Of a DNA stretch of 55,941 nt, positions 19,201 to 29,244 are shown piece by piece. This stretch comes from a virus (Duplodnaviria; Caudoviricetes). The stretch covers positions 1-55,941 of IMG/VR virus record IMGVR_UViG_3300036715_003593; one strand, 5' to 3'. The notes beneath the pieces were generated by a model that was given only the letters and a program-made list of their open reading frames with translations, was not told where the DNA came from and made no database searches. Numbering within the stretch: position 1 is the first letter of the stretch; each line of letters starts with the position of its first letter. A program made the position numbers and the translations under genes.

Positions 19201-19862
19201 TAGCCAACTACTTAGAGCTCGTTACGAGTGAGCATCGAAATAAGCCAAAGTTCGAAGCCATGTTATCGGCAGTGGTATCCGCGTTTGTAGATCAGCAATC
19301 TACTTTAACCAGCATGCCAGCTAAGTTTGATATCAACACCGCTCTCGGTTCTCAATTGGACGTACTTGGACTATGGATTGGGCGCAGTAGGCACGTCTCT
19401 GTTCCTCTCACTGATGTTTATTTAACTTGGGATTCCTTAACGATTAACGGTTGGGATTCTGGAACTTGGCAAGATCTATATGATCCTTCATCCGGGCTGG
19501 TCACGTTGCCGGATGACTCATACCGAGTCCTGCTAAAAGCAGTTATAGCATCCAATAACTGGGACGGCACTATCCCACATGCTTACTCCATCTGGGAATC
19601 AGTGTTCGGCACATCTAGCATTATCTTAATCCAAGATAATCAAGATATGAGCATGGTGGTGGGGTTAGGTGGACAGCCGCTCGGAGCAGTCAATCAGGCA
19701 TTACTGCTCGAGGGATCGCTCTCTCTTAAGCCAACAGGTGTGCGTGTCAGCTATTACGCCGTTGCACCTACACCGGGTCCATTGCTGCTATGGGATGCTG
19801 TGAGTGGACCAGGTGCGGATGGATGGGATCTTGGGCAATGGCCAGTTGAAATAATGCCTTAA
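19197..19862 (+). CDS. Baseplate wedge protein (DUF2612-like)
   Basis: FDI..A.G.QLD.LG.WIG, L.D..YR, IQDNQDMSM motifs. Confidence 0.8.
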   Translation: MIANYLELVTSEHRNKPKFEAMLSAVVSAFVDQQSTLTSMPAKFDINTALGSQLDVLGLWIGRSRHVSVPLTDVYLTWDSLTINGWDSGTWQDLYDPSSGLVTLPDDSYRVLLKAVIASNNWDGTIPHAYSIWESVFGTSSIILIQDNQDMSMVVGLGGQPLGAVNQALLLEGSLSLKPTGVRVSYYAVAPTPGPLLLWDAVSGPGADGWDLGQWPVEIMP

Positions 19863-19925
19863 TAAGGATCTTAACAAAAGCCCATGTTATTTTAAAATGA
19901 CATATAATTAGGAAAAGGGGATCAC

Positions 19926-20888
19926 ATGCCAACCAATGATTTTTTAAAGTTTTCGGAAACCGATATCGTTACCAATCTGCTTACTCAAGCAGAGTATTTG
20001 GCAGACACGCAGCGTTTAATTGGAAATCAGCCTGGAATAGCACGTTCAAAACTTGTCAATAAAGCACTTCGACAAAGCTCTTTGATTACCTCAAGCGTTG
20101 CGCAGCTGATAGCTGATGTGGCAGGGCAAGACGTTCTAGATACCGGAGCTAATACTGAGATTCTGAAAGATCTTTTGGCATCCCTGTTGATGGCCGGATA
20201 TGCTGTCGATAACGGCATAGCAAATGCCTATTCAATATCCATGCTACCAGCACTAACAGTACTTGGCGTAGGCATGGAGTTTAAGTTTATCGTAGCCAAC
20301 GCGAACACCAGTGCTGCCACTCTTTCTGTTAACGGATTGACTCCTGTCGCCATCACTAAAGGTGGTAGCACTCCATTAAGTGCCGGCGATCTACCTCTCG
20401 GGGGATTGGCTAAAGTAGTTTATGACGGAGTACAATTCCAAATCGTAGCAAGCCCTGCCAGCCCCGGTGCGGCAGGTGGTGGTGCTGACAAGGTATTCTA
20501 CGAGAACGATGCAACCATCACAACTTCATACACAATAGGTCAAGCCGGTCTAATCTCAGGTGCTACTGTAACTATAGCGACTCCTGGTGTGGTTACTCTA
20601 ACCGGTCACGGCTTTATCGCTGGTTCGCAAGTATTCTTCAAAACTACCGGAGCTTTACCTACGGGACTTTTAGTAGACACAGGATACTGGGTTATCGCCA
20701 ATGGATTAACCGCTAACACTTTTCAGTTGAGTTTAACTCAAGGCGGTGTAGCTATTAATACCACGGGGACTCAGAGTGGTACTCATTCGTGTGGGAAGTT
20801 AAAGAATGCTACGAGTGCTGGAACAGTGACGATAGCAACGGGTGTGACGGTAACTATACCTACTAATGCAACTTGGAGTATTGGTTAA
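19926..20888 (+). CDS. Tail fibre protein (proximal)
   Basis: G.ARS..VNKALRQ baseplate-attachment N-terminus; ANT.A.TL.VNG; VFYEND...TVTIP..ATW C-terminus. Confidence 0.75.
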   Translation: MPTNDFLKFSETDIVTNLLTQAEYLADTQRLIGNQPGIARSKLVNKALRQSSLITSSVAQLIADVAGQDVLDTGANTEILKDLLASLLMAGYAVDNGIANAYSISMLPALTVLGVGMEFKFIVANANTSAATLSVNGLTPVAITKGGSTPLSAGDLPLGGLAKVVYDGVQFQIVASPASPGAAGGGADKVFYENDATITTSYTIGQAGLISGATVTIATPGVVTLTGHGFIAGSQVFFKTTGALPTGLLVDTGYWVIANGLTANTFQLSLTQGGVAINTTGTQSGTHSCGKLKNATSAGTVTIATGVTVTIPTNATWSIG

Positions 20889-21073
20889 TGAGCGCACAAA
20901 TAAAAGGAACAGGAAATTCAGTATTGGGTGGTGCAGACTTAGGTATACCGTTATCTGAAGCTAGTGGTGGTACGAGCGTATCTACATTTTTAGCAGCTAC
21001 TAAGACAGCATTGAATGCTTCTGGTTCTGCAATTAGTGTGTCTGAGTTGAAGTTGATTGTTGAGGGTCTATGA
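20888..21073 (+). CDS. Small fibre-associated protein, possibly a deletion chimera
   Basis: TAATG overlap; 61 aa. Confidence 0.45.
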   Translation: MSAQIKGTGNSVLGGADLGIPLSEASGGTSVSTFLAATKTALNASGSAISVSELKLIVEGL

Positions 21074-21104
21074 CTAATAAATTAAAATCAGATAAAGGAC
21101 AATC

Positions 21105-21422
21105 ATGCCAGTCATCTCAGGATTAGAAACTAACGCAGTAACAATCGGTACATCAGCTATAGATACGAATAATTTTCAACTACGATCTAACGCAGATGGT
21201 ACAGCAACTCTAGCACGTAAGAGTGATGGTAGTGGTGGGGATGTATTGTCTATTGATTCTGCTAATAATATAAAGGCTGCTACATGCCTAATAGTTCCTA
21301 GTTATACGACTACACAGAAAAATGCTCTCACTCCATTAGCGGGGATGGTTATTTTAGACACCACTCTATCGAAAGTTTGTATTTACACTGGTTCTGCTTG
21401 GCAAACAGTAACAAGCACTTAA
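21105..21422 (+). CDS. Small tail-fibre-related protein
   Basis: P.YTTTQ.NAL...AGMV..DTT..K...Y.G.AW motif common in fibre proteins. Confidence 0.65.
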   Translation: MPVISGLETNAVTIGTSAIDTNNFQLRSNADGTATLARKSDGSGGDVLSIDSANNIKAATCLIVPSYTTTQKNALTPLAGMVILDTTLSKVCIYTGSAWQTVTST

Positions 21423-21432
21423 AGGATAAAAA

Positions 21433-22305
21433 ATGTCACTCTCATTTACAGACGATGGATCACAAGGATCATTATCAATAGGAGGTGTTCAATCCTTGGT
21501 TTTTAATAAACAAGGTCTGACAACTACCCCGATAACTATTAGACAAACTGTTGAACTTGGTACAGTAGATTCTAATGGATTCGCTGCATTCGGTGGGTCA
21601 ACTGGCTCAACAATTGTAACGACTGCAACTACACTTTATCTTAATGCCGCTAATGGCATGGTAAACCGTAGAGGGTCAATTACTAACCCTTCCTGGACTG
21701 GCTTATCTACTAACGGCACGATGTACGCTTACTTAGATATTGCTGCCGATGGTACTTGTACTACTGGCTCAACTACCTTAGCTCCTGTATATCAATTTGG
21801 CGGTACTTACTCAGTTACTTCAGGACAGTTTACTTTCAACATCCAAGAAATGACTGGCAAGGTAGGTAACGGTGCAACTGCTGCTCAAACTTATAGAGTG
21901 TTTGTTGGTGAAGTGACGGTAGCAGGTAACGTGGTTACGGCTATTACTTGGTATGCGTTGATGGGTAGATTTGTATCTACAGCGCAAACTATAGTATCTG
22001 CCACAGTGACTACGCTAAATCATAATATTGGAGTCAATCCACCCGAAGTGAAGCAAACAATTCTTACTTGTCTTACTGCTGAATTTAATTACTCTATTGG
22101 TGACAAAATACAGATGGCAATCGGTGGTATAAGCGTAGGAGGTGACAATGGATTGGGTATATCGACTACCAATAAAACCCTTAGCGCAATAACAGGATCA
22201 TCAGCGGGTTCATCTTTTCGATATATAAATAAAACAACTGGTATAAATATTGGCTTGGCTAACGCAAATTGGAATATTGTATATATAGCAGGTAGGGATT
22301 GGTAA
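21433..22305 (+). CDS. Tail fibre / receptor-binding protein
   Basis: Thr/Gly-rich beta sequence; HNIGV.P and L.C.TAE..Y..GD C-terminal domain. Confidence 0.7.
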   Translation: MSLSFTDDGSQGSLSIGGVQSLVFNKQGLTTTPITIRQTVELGTVDSNGFAAFGGSTGSTIVTTATTLYLNAANGMVNRRGSITNPSWTGLSTNGTMYAYLDIAADGTCTTGSTTLAPVYQFGGTYSVTSGQFTFNIQEMTGKVGNGATAAQTYRVFVGEVTVAGNVVTAITWYALMGRFVSTAQTIVSATVTTLNHNIGVNPPEVKQTILTCLTAEFNYSIGDKIQMAIGGISVGGDNGLGISTTNKTLSAITGSSAGSSFRYINKTTGINIGLANANWNIVYIAGRDW

Positions 22306-22307
22306 TC

Positions 22308-22709
22308 ATGGGATACATATCAAGCAAAGACGGCAGCTACTATGAAGGTGATAAACAGTATGGGGATATTGATGTACCTCAACGACCATCACCTAGTAAT
22401 ATTTGGCAGGATGGATGGGTTCTAGTTCCTCCTACGCCTCAAGAGCTATTAAAAGCCATAGAGCAAGCTATTGAAAAGCACATGGATGAAGTTGCTCAAG
22501 ATAAGAAATATGACAACCGCGACTCATGCAGATTGTATGCTGGTTATGCTAATCCATTCCAAGCCGAAGCAATTGCGTTTGGTCAATGGGTATCGGCTTG
22601 CTGGGTGGCTAGTAACCAAGCACAGGCTGATATTGTAAAGGGGGTCAGAACTATTCCTACACCTGAAGAAGCTGTTGCTGCATTGCCTATTATGGGATGG
22701 CCTGTATGA
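22308..22709 (+). CDS. Tail fibre assembly-type protein
   Basis: YYEGD..GD..VPQRP; H.D.VA....YD...S...YA...N.FQ.EA..F..W motifs. Confidence 0.65.
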   Translation: MGYISSKDGSYYEGDKQYGDIDVPQRPSPSNIWQDGWVLVPPTPQELLKAIEQAIEKHMDEVAQDKKYDNRDSCRLYAGYANPFQAEAIAFGQWVSACWVASNQAQADIVKGVRTIPTPEEAVAALPIMGWPV

Positions 22710-23056
22710 AACATATTATTTTAGATTGGGTGTTAATCAGTTTGTTTTTGTTTATATCAACGTTCGTTTTCTTTGTAGCAATTATGAAGATGAGGGAAAT
22801 TAAATATGAAATTCTTGCGCTGCACTGGTCTGTTCGGTGGGTATGTTATTTTATTTTGTTTATCGGTTTACTTCTTGATACGCTCCTTAATTGGGTATTA
22901 CTTACCGTAGTATTTATGGAGTTTCCTAAAGAGTTTCTTTCGACAGCCCGTGTAATTAGACACAAGTATTATTCAAGGGGGTGGAGACAAGATCAGGCTT
23001 TGTGGTGGTGTAAGAATTTCTTAACCCCTTTTGATCCTAAGCACTGCGAGGAATAA
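22706..23056 (+). CDS. Membrane protein
   Basis: Two to three hydrophobic segments; ATGA overlap. Confidence 0.65.
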   Translation: MKHIILDWVLISLFLFISTFVFFVAIMKMREIKYEILALHWSVRWVCYFILFIGLLLDTLLNWVLLTVVFMEFPKEFLSTARVIRHKYYSRGWRQDQALWWCKNFLTPFDPKHCEE

Positions 23057-23485
23057 ATGACTCTCACTTTATCATTTGAGCAGATACTAGCGATAGTCGG
23101 TATGTTACTGGCGGGCGGATTTGGCATTCTAAAATTAGCAGGTTCACATTTTATAAAGAACATAGCTTCCAAATTTTCTGAGATTGAAGCCGACATGAAG
23201 AAACAAGCTGTCGATCTAAACTTGGCTTTAGACAATAAGCTCAACGGCATGGCGTTAACCACAAAAGATAAAATCGAACATGAGTCTGTAAAAATAAGAC
23301 TGGCGAACGAGGAACGGCATTCCGCATACCTCGAAAAGTTCAGCACGAAAGATGAGCTGCTCTCAATGTCGGCCAAACATGATAAACACATGGATGATAT
23401 ATTCAAATTGTTACGCAGCATTGACAACAAGGTCGCCAACTCTGTTACTCGTGAAGAGTTTAACGCCATAAAGGACCGATCATGA
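23057..23485 (+). CDS. N-anchored membrane/coiled-coil protein (possible lysis regulator or holin-like)
   Basis: Single N-terminal TM segment; immediately upstream of the endolysin. Confidence 0.55.
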   Translation: MTLTLSFEQILAIVGMLLAGGFGILKLAGSHFIKNIASKFSEIEADMKKQAVDLNLALDNKLNGMALTTKDKIEHESVKIRLANEERHSAYLEKFSTKDELLSMSAKHDKHMDDIFKLLRSIDNKVANSVTREEFNAIKDRS

Positions 23486-23967
23486 AACCAACCTGGCTAC
23501 TTGAAGCAGAAAAATACATTGGGTTGAAAGAAATTCCAGGACTTAAACACGAATCTAAAATACTGAACTTCTGGCAAGTAATCAAGATGGGCGGAATCAA
23601 GGATGACGAAACACCCTGGTGTGCAGCTTTCGTTGGTGCCATGTTGGAGGCATCCCGGATAACTAGTACTGAGTCAGGTTGGGCAAAGTCATACTTAAAA
23701 TGGGGAGTGCTTTTAACAAAACCTGCTTTAGGTTGCATCGTTGTATTTGACCGGGCAGGAGGGGGAGGACATGTCGGTTTCGTAGTCGGGCTCACCACCG
23801 ATGGAAGAATAAATGTGCTGGGTGGAAACCAAGAGGATGGGGTTAACATTAAGCCATTTCCATTAACCCGCGTGCTTGGGTATAGATGGCCAAAAGGATA
23901 TAGCATCCCCATGTTAACATTAAGTGAAGTTGACAACAATGAAGTTTCATCAACAAACGAGGCATAA
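23482..23967 (+). CDS. Endolysin, TIGR02594/NlpC-P60-like peptidase
   Basis: DDETPWCAAFV, GGGHVGFV, VLGGNQ motifs (Cys-His). Confidence 0.85.
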   Translation: MKPTWLLEAEKYIGLKEIPGLKHESKILNFWQVIKMGGIKDDETPWCAAFVGAMLEASRITSTESGWAKSYLKWGVLLTKPALGCIVVFDRAGGGGHVGFVVGLTTDGRINVLGGNQEDGVNIKPFPLTRVLGYRWPKGYSIPMLTLSEVDNNEVSSTNEA

Positions 23968-23970
23968 GAA

Positions 23971-24354
23971 ATGATCGAAGAAATCAAAAGCTACATATCA
24001 ATAGCGAGCGAATATCTACTCTTAATCTTCACAGCATCGCAATGGCATATTCTTTTTCTGATAGTGTTGTGCGTGTCATTTATGACATGGGGTATTAAGA
24101 ATATGCTCCCTTATACTGGGAAGAAACGTGATCGATACATCATTGCAATATCCTGGATACTCGGTATCGTAGCTGTGATAGTTGCCGCTAATTATGCCAG
24201 CAAACCGCAACCCATGTGGTACTGGTTTGTAGTTGGAGCAGTGACCGGTCCTGTAACTAACATTCTGTATAGGTATACTATGCCGATGATCAAACGGTTT
24301 GCAATAGCTAGATTTCCAATGCTGGACAGCAGGAAAACACAAAGGCCATCGTGA
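23971..24354 (+). CDS. Putative holin
   Basis: Three or more TM segments, basic C-terminus, next to the endolysin. Confidence 0.55.
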   Translation: MIEEIKSYISIASEYLLLIFTASQWHILFLIVLCVSFMTWGIKNMLPYTGKKRDRYIIAISWILGIVAVIVAANYASKPQPMWYWFVVGAVTGPVTNILYRYTMPMIKRFAIARFPMLDSRKTQRPS

Positions 24355-24887
24355 TTAATTTACTAACAGCAATTGCGATTTTCATAACAGGTCTCTTGGC
24401 CGGGATTTATTGGCAAGGTTCATACGATCCCTCAGTCTCATCCGCTCCGGCTATGGTTACACCTGAAGTGGCAAAGATCGAAAAGGAAGAGATCAAACCT
24501 GCAAAATTGAAAGTGTATAAACAGGAGGCCAAGGATAAGCTACCTTTGCCCGAAAAGATCAAAGACGATAAAGACGAGCACGTCATCTCTGCTTCCCAGA
24601 TAAAAGGCGATGGTCAAGATCATACTGTTATTACTGTGGTCAATGCAGCAACCGGAGAAGCTACCACTATTGACCACAAGAAGCCTCTGCCGTGGTTGGC
24701 GCAGGAAAAGAAAAGCGAATTTCGTCTGGATTACGGGTTAAAAGGATATATAGCCCCGACTCCAGTTGGCAGATTATCTTTTCGTTCAGAATTGGTTAGA
24801 GTTAAAGGACTGGTACTCGGTCTAAACACTTCCCTTGATTTTGACGGGGAATACTTCTTAGGTGGCGGGGTTGGATATCGTTGGTAA
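24351..24887 (+). CDS. Putative spanin-like/outer-membrane lysis protein
   Basis: N-terminal TM, charged linker, C-terminal amphipathic beta strands ending GVGYRW. Confidence 0.45.
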   Translation: MINLLTAIAIFITGLLAGIYWQGSYDPSVSSAPAMVTPEVAKIEKEEIKPAKLKVYKQEAKDKLPLPEKIKDDKDEHVISASQIKGDGQDHTVITVVNAATGEATTIDHKKPLPWLAQEKKSEFRLDYGLKGYIAPTPVGRLSFRSELVRVKGLVLGLNTSLDFDGEYFLGGGVGYRW

Positions 24888-24911
24888 AACTTTTGCCGTG
24901 GCGGCGTTTAT

Positions 24912-24934
24912 CACCCTCTCCCGAGGGTGTTTTT
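24912..24934 (+). terminator. Intrinsic terminator at the convergence of the two transcription arms
   Basis: caccctc-tccc-gagggtg followed by ttttt. Confidence 0.75.
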
Positions 24935-24936
24935 AT

Positions 24937-25200
24937 TTATAGGAAGTGTTTGTTCTTCAGCCAGGTTTTAAAATGCTGGACGGTGCCTTTATGGGTTCGC
25001 CCGTGATGCTGCCACGTACCGGAAGTTGGATAATACATCACCGCACCGTGTTGGGTATCCATTCTAAACACATTCTTACTTTGCTCATAGACCTCAATAC
25101 CCTGTTGCTTCAAGGTTTCGAGATTGGCAGCAGCATCTTCGTTTCTCCAATGTTTACGTGCTTCTTTCAAAGCATTCATATCGTCGATTGTTTCACTCAC
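24937..25200 (-). CDS. Hypothetical protein
   Basis: 87 aa ORF, YYPTSGTW motif, last gene of the - arm. Confidence 0.65.
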   Translation of the reverse strand: MSETIDDMNALKEARKHWRNEDAAANLETLKQQGIEVYEQSKNVFRMDTQHGAVMYYPTSGTWQHHGRTHKGTVQHFKTWLKNKHFL

Positions 25201-25201
25201 C

Positions 25202-25900
25202 TTAACCCCCTATTTTTAATTGATTGCGACCAGTTACTTGGTTATTCAAACCGATCCCGTTACCGTATTCTTTACCGGCAGCATAAGCCTTCATATTGAC
25301 ATGAGTGCTTCTACTTGCTTTTGACACCAATTCCGTTCCAGATGCTTTGATGAATGCTTCGTTGGCGTCTTGCTCGGTTTTGTAAAGCCCCACGACTACC
25401 AATGAGGTTGAATCGGAACCTTCTGGTTTGGCTTCCTTAATCATTTCAGCAATCCGCTCGCGAATCTTAGCGGCGACCCCCATTGAAAAAGAACGGGACT
25501 CCGGAGCCAGGTTATGCCCCCAGTTCTTGCGGCACTCTTTTAATACCGAAGCGATTACGTAGTCGGACATGAGTGCCGCGGTGGCCGCGTTGGAAGCCTT
25601 ACCTACGAAGTGGTGCTCAATCTTTGTCCCGTTAATTTTTCGACCGAAATAGTACTTGCAGAAAAATAATTGAGCAATGCCAGACGAAATATTGCGACAC
25701 CAGAGCATCCCATAAGTAGCGTTTACATAATCTTCGCGACCTTCCATCTGACAATGTGCATTCAAGTCTGCCATGTCTAAGTTATGTTTTGCCAACATGC
25801 CGTGTGCCATGCGAAGGGCATTGTCGCGCTCACCTTCAGAAGCACCAGCATCGTTGGCAAGCGCCAGGAGTTTTTTGACTTTTTCGAGTATTGGGTTCAT
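25202..25900 (-). CDS. DUF2786-domain protein
   Basis: ILEKVKKLLALA...EGERDNALRMA..MLAKHNL N-terminus; AY.AG..YG C-terminus. Confidence 0.75.
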   Translation of the reverse strand: MNPILEKVKKLLALANDAGASEGERDNALRMAHGMLAKHNLDMADLNAHCQMEGREDYVNATYGMLWCRNISSGIAQLFFCKYYFGRKINGTKIEHHFVGKASNAATAALMSDYVIASVLKECRKNWGHNLAPESRSFSMGVAAKIRERIAEMIKEAKPEGSDSTSLVVVGLYKTEQDANEAFIKASGTELVSKASRSTHVNMKAYAAGKEYGNGIGLNNQVTGRNQLKIGG

Positions 25901-26241
25901 TTTGATTCTCCTGAAATAAGACTACCGTTTTTATTGATTCCACTAAAGTTATCGTCTTCACATAATGCAAACTGACGACTTTGAACAAACTGAATCGAAG
26001 CTGTATTTGGATTGTAACCTTCCCTTACTGCAGCCTCGATGAACTCTTTTTTGGTGGCATCCGGATTAATTGCAGCAACATATCTAAGTAAAGGTGAGAT
26101 ATGTTTGAAATCGTCAGTGCATTCTTTCGCAAACCAAAAGTCAGCCTGGATAGATGATACAGTTACTCCCATTTCGTTCTCCTCATTCACTCTTGTTCGA
26201 ATGATTAGATTATCAGACTTCGTCTTCTTCGTGGCACGCAC
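25897..26241 (-). CDS. Hypothetical protein with a GxNxxTAxxQF helical domain
   Basis: AVREGYNPNTASIQF resembles the domain in the 34.4-36.2 kb genes; start uncertain. Confidence 0.55.
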   Translation of the reverse strand: MRATKKTKSDNLIIRTRVNEENEMGVTVSSIQADFWFAKECTDDFKHISPLLRYVAAINPDATKKEFIEAAVREGYNPNTASIQFVQSRQFALCEDDNFSGINKNGSLISGESK

Positions 26242-28291
26242 TTTCGTCTTCTTTTTCGTCTTTTTTTAGATAGCCAATATCATATAGAATTCTTGTTGCC
26301 ATGGCCTCGTATTTAAGGTAATCAACGTCATCAGGGAATGTGTCCGGCAGATTCATACAAGGTCTGGCGCCTTCGCTCAACGCGACCTTGTTACCGGTTT
26401 TAGCGTAAACGATATCACCTTGGACTTGGCTAGAATAATACCATCGGATTAGTTTTCCAAGGAACACACCACTAGTCACCTGTTCACCTAACCCAACCAG
26501 ATCGCCCTTCACCGCACCGCCAGACACAGCTCGCATGGTTGTGAACTGTGTAATGTCTCGGCATTCTGCAATGGTCTCAATCAAAGGCTTACCTGTGGCA
26601 ATAAAGTTTTTAACTGCCTCAACACATATTTCATTGACCGCGTTCTTCTTGGGGGCAGTCGGACCGTAGGCACCTTTTAGTTTAAACAACTTTCCCTTCT
26701 GGGGGGTTTCATACACCGCGATGTAATTATTGATATCGCGGGAATAAGTGGCTTTGTACCGAATCTCTTCTGTAATGAAACCAGTATCTCTTTCCCACTG
26801 CTTGACGATAGCGTTAAATTCGGATTCTTTAGATCGCAAGCATTTAACTACGATACCATCAGTATTGATTGAGGTTACTTCTATCCCAGCTAATTCAAAT
26901 CTCTCCGCCAGCATGAGAATTGAAAGCTGACCGGTAACCGTCACTTGAATCAATAAATTCGGGGCGTAAACAATTGACCACATGCTGCCCAGCTTACCGA
27001 AAGTTCCGTTCGCAACAATCTTCAAGCACTCTGCTACAATAATGTTGCCAGCTTCCTTGGCGCTAATTCGCTCTACCACTATGCCATTGTAGACCAGCAG
27101 GAAATCGTGCCCAAGATTCTCCGGAGCAAGACCTGCATTCAAAATCAACTTCGGGTAATAGGAAGTAGCATCAGTATCCGCGATAAAGTAATCTTCATCC
27201 GCAACATGGGCAACGCTTTTCTCTTGACTATGTAATCCACCGATACCGATTTTATACTTGCTGTTGCCCATCTCGATGACTAATTTTGCCAACTCAGGTG
27301 GCATAACAATCGCGCCATGGAAAGGATCAACCTCGAAAGTAGCATTCCGAACAATGTCCAGAATATGATTCATCAACGGGGTTGAATACTTGATAAAGAT
27401 GGGCACTTGAAACTTGTAAGAGGTGCCAGGAGGTAAGGTGGTCCGCTTTAAGAACTTACGACCAGTAGTGCGTTTAACTTCTGCTGAAATAATAGATTCA
27501 GCCATCTGAGCATCAGAATGAGATCGCAAGTCAACATGGAACCTAGTACTCATCTGTTCGCGGAGTTCGATTTGCTTAATGGTGGCATTATACAAGATTT
27601 CAGTATTATCTAGATCGTTAACACAATATCGACGTAAGATGGTAATCTGATCTTCTGTAAGATAGGTTCCAGGCTTGAAGGGCAGGTCTTGTAACTTCGG
27701 GGCATGAAGTCTTCCTGCACATACTTTCAAGCCCGGTGCCAAGGCGGTCAGTTCGATCAAGTCAATTTGATCGACTTGCAACTTCTTAACCTTGAATTTT
27801 TTATAGACTTCTTTCTCGCGCAATTGCTGGGCGATAATCATATCGGTAGCCGCCCAAAGGGCTTCGGAGTCATGACCTGCTAGAGCAACCGCGGTTACTG
27901 GAAAGTCATAACTTAGACCGTTGAAGTTAACGATAAGGAAGTTTTCAAGAATCCACTTTAGTTTTGGAATATCCAACGTTCTTCCGAGCGGTTGGTTATC
28001 CACTTCGAAATAAACCACCTTCTTTGATTGGATACCTTTGAAAGCGAACAGGGCATAGTTCGGGTAAGACTCGATGTCAAATACTAATCGTTCTCGGGTT
28101 TGGCTGGCTTGATATAGTTCTTGGTCAGAATACAGGTTAGGTCGCCAGGCACGCGCCTCCTCCAAGTCAGGTAGGTAGGCAGGGCTTTCCCAGAACCTCA
28201 AAGGTGGGATGGCTTTCGGCTTTTCTTTTTTTGGTGGCTTTGGCGCCGGCGTGTCGTCCCACCAAAATCCTTTCACGTCAGTACGTGCCAT
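26213..28291 (-). CDS. Family B-type DNA polymerase with 3'-5' exonuclease
   Basis: DIE, NFNG..YD, YC.ND exonuclease motifs; D.TSYYP, K..ANG.FGK, NTDG polymerase motifs. Confidence 0.85.
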   Translation of the reverse strand: MARTDVKGFWWDDTPAPKPPKKEKPKAIPPLRFWESPAYLPDLEEARAWRPNLYSDQELYQASQTRERLVFDIESYPNYALFAFKGIQSKKVVYFEVDNQPLGRTLDIPKLKWILENFLIVNFNGLSYDFPVTAVALAGHDSEALWAATDMIIAQQLREKEVYKKFKVKKLQVDQIDLIELTALAPGLKVCAGRLHAPKLQDLPFKPGTYLTEDQITILRRYCVNDLDNTEILYNATIKQIELREQMSTRFHVDLRSHSDAQMAESIISAEVKRTTGRKFLKRTTLPPGTSYKFQVPIFIKYSTPLMNHILDIVRNATFEVDPFHGAIVMPPELAKLVIEMGNSKYKIGIGGLHSQEKSVAHVADEDYFIADTDATSYYPKLILNAGLAPENLGHDFLLVYNGIVVERISAKEAGNIIVAECLKIVANGTFGKLGSMWSIVYAPNLLIQVTVTGQLSILMLAERFELAGIEVTSINTDGIVVKCLRSKESEFNAIVKQWERDTGFITEEIRYKATYSRDINNYIAVYETPQKGKLFKLKGAYGPTAPKKNAVNEICVEAVKNFIATGKPLIETIAECRDITQFTTMRAVSGGAVKGDLVGLGEQVTSGVFLGKLIRWYYSSQVQGDIVYAKTGNKVALSEGARPCMNLPDTFPDDVDYLKYEAMATRILYDIGYLKKDEKEDESACHEEDEV

Positions 28292-29244
28292 TATGCTCTC
28301 ATCCCAACAATAGCGCCGCGCACTTTGTCTCCTACAAACAAACAAGGCGCTGGATAGGCATTCAGATCAATTGAAGTCGCTACTTTTTCCAACAAGAGAA
28401 TCTGTTTAAAATGATAGCAGCCTTCTGAAATCACTTCAGGGAGCTCGACCGATGCACCAACCCCTTCATATTGACCGGTCGAGATTGATCCATCTTGTTT
28501 CAAAAAGATTCGACCTAGATCATCCACGAATGGCGACAGGTCGGTTATAGCTTCAAACAGACCAGCAGGTATTGGCAAGCGATTACATCCTACATTTAAG
28601 ATTCGTTCCAAGTCTGGCCATTCTGTCGAATAGGTTTGAGTGCGCAGCCATCTACCTTCCGGATAATGGAAAGTAACACTTTGATCAGTAGCCTGGATGC
28701 TAATTGGTTCAACTCCGATTCTGATTAATTCCAACACAGCAGAACGAGGAAGATTAACCTCGACTGGAAATACTTGATCTAACCAATGCTCGATTACACA
28801 GATGTTATTTGTGGCAAAAGCAGATTGCCCTCGAAGGAGAATACCCCGCGCCCAAGGCCTTGAAGCGTCTTCGGCAATGAAAGGGGCAAGGGTCTTAAGA
28901 ACTCTCAATAACGAGCCGGATAACGGGGTGGTGACCCCTTCCGGTGGCCTATCTGGAAACTCCGCTTCAATACAGTCAATAAAGGCTTTAAACTTACCAG
29001 ATTTGACAGCCAGCTTGCCTGCTGGGGTAACATGAAGCTGCACTGTATCTTTACAGGTCTGAATCGCTTTGATGAACGGTACAGCTTTCGGGCTAACGTT
29101 CAAGTCAAGTGCGATGGGGCAACACAAGCCAAGCATGCCATTGTATCCGCGGATAGTACCGTTCTCGATTTTGAAGTGCATGAGCTCGGGTACAAAATCT
29201 TTTGAAGCGACCGACCCCTGCACAAATTTTAAAGCATCAAGCAT
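28291..29244 (-). CDS. DNA polymerase III beta-clamp-like protein
   Basis: ~317 aa; EFP and WPD..RIL linkers, D.SRPW..G...ATN motif; TAATG-coupled to the polymerase. Confidence 0.7.
   Translation of the reverse strand: MLDALKFVQGSVASKDFVPELMHFKIENGTIRGYNGMLGLCCPIALDLNVSPKAVPFIKAIQTCKDTVQLHVTPAGKLAVKSGKFKAFIDCIEAEFPDRPPEGVTTPLSGSLLRVLKTLAPFIAEDASRPWARGILLRGQSAFATNNICVIEHWLDQVFPVEVNLPRSAVLELIRIGVEPISIQATDQSVTFHYPEGRWLRTQTYSTEWPDLERILNVGCNRLPIPAGLFEAITDLSPFVDDLGRIFLKQDGSISTGQYEGVGASVELPEVISEGCYHFKQILLLEKVATSIDLNAYPAPCLFVGDKVRGAIVGMRA

Noticed and set aside
19926-22709. Diversity-generating retroelement or invertible fibre switch
   Set aside because: No reverse transcriptase, invertase or TR/VR repeat pair seen.
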